64,000 bases of DNA. Origin: a virus. This document shows, piece by piece, positions 63,456 through 64,000 of the stretch. Location: IMG/VR virus record IMGVR_UViG_3300032291_001597, positions 1 to 64,000 of that record. One strand, 5' to 3'. Under the pieces are notes generated by a model. The model saw only the letters and a program-made list of their open reading frames with translations, was not told the origin of the DNA and made no database searches. Position 1 is the stretch's first letter. Each line of letters opens with the position of its first letter. The position numbers and the translations under genes were made by a program.

Positions 63456-63811
63456 ACGCCCAACGGGTGAGCGTGTAGAGCCTGACGGGTCGTGTTTTGA
63501 CGGGTGGGTAGTGGGAGTCGGGAGAGCCTGACGGATAGGTAAAAGGGGGGTGAAGCGATTGACGGGTGGGAAGGGGAAGTCGCCGGGGATTGACGGGTGG
63601 GTAAAGGGGTAGTGGATTTTCCAGACTAGACGCAGAGGCTGAGTCATGTGAAGGCACTCGAAGAAGGGGGTCGAAGGTGGGGGGACTCATGAAGGGGGGT
63701 TGGGAGTCATGGGGGGGAAGTGGGAAGAAGGGGGGAAGTTCAGGGGGGAAGGGGAAGCCGGGGGAGTTTTGGAAAAGGGGTAAGGGATTTTCCAAGCGAG
63801 TTTTTAGGTCT

Positions 63812-63880
63812 AAAAAACACAAGATACACAAAAAGTCAAGTTGAGTCGAAAAAACATAAGATACACAAAAAGTCAAGTTG
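63812..63880 (+). repeat. Two-copy 32-bp direct repeat (37-bp period)
   Basis: AAAAAACAYAAGATACACAAAAAGTCAAGTTG at 63812 and 63849. Confidence 0.85.
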
Positions 63881-64000
63881 TGGTGAGTCGAAGTTCAGCA
63901 AGAAGCACGCAAGATGAGCAAGATAAGCAATAAAACAGGAGAAGTTCGAGAAAGTTGGGTCGAGAACAGCCTGGAGAAAAAGGGGTATAGGTTTTTCCAA

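Larger units (their letters stand above)
52303..64000. repeat. Dispersed 24-bp bipartite motif AAGGGGT-N5-WTTTTCCA(AGCG), 9 copies
   Basis: + strand at 52303, 52688, 52976, 59106, 63604, 63775, 63980; - strand at 53521-53543 and 62010-62033. Confidence 0.85.

Noticed and set aside
63098-63917. ORFs 63098-63346, 63184-63876, 63267-63647 and 63720-63917
   Set aside because: Low-complexity translations of the repeat array and G-rich tract, with no convincing SD or protein motif

Overview
The window is best read as 64 kb of a large tailed-phage genome infecting an Actinomycetota host, probably a small freshwater Microbacteriaceae-like cell. The host call is inferred from two WhiB genes, a ClgR-like regulator, DUF3039 and an actinobacterial-type nrdHIEF. 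No rRNA, CRISPR array or IS element is visible. Layout: (i) 0-12 kb, recombination, replication and repair (AAA_24 ATPase, DUF669 SSB-like, pyrimidine-dimer glycosylase, WhiB, primase-polymerase/SF3 helicase) mixed with glycosyl- and cytidylyltransferases; (ii) 12-26 kb, a serine recombinase and an ABC-ATPase/GNAT fusion, then a minus-strand operon running from a collagen-like fibre and an FN3 protein with a (PPFF)n tail into four 2OG-Fe(II) oxygenases (one fused to a sulfotransferase), two DUF6065-like proteins and an APS-kinase/nucleotidyltransferase fusion; (iii) 26-41 kb, nucleotide metabolism, more oxygenases, a DNA methyltransferase, two tRNAs and a ~190-nt pseudoknotted, tRNA-like ncRNA; (iv) 41.5-47 kb, lysis and surface genes plus a candidate origin; (v) 47-64 kb, a Mom-like gene, a terminase-small-like gene and an early-type region of short genes with their own TTGACA promoters, a MoxR/vWA pair and a repeat-rich right end. 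The strongest candidates for undescribed systems are a virion-protein hydroxylation/sulfation/glycosylation pathway, a family of C-rich-loop (6C-like) RNA hairpins including one complementary to a toehold-like RBS-sequestering leader, and a nine-copy fixed-spacing motif (AAGGGGT-N5-WTTTTCCA) bracketing gene cassettes. All family names come from motif recognition by eye; no database search was run.
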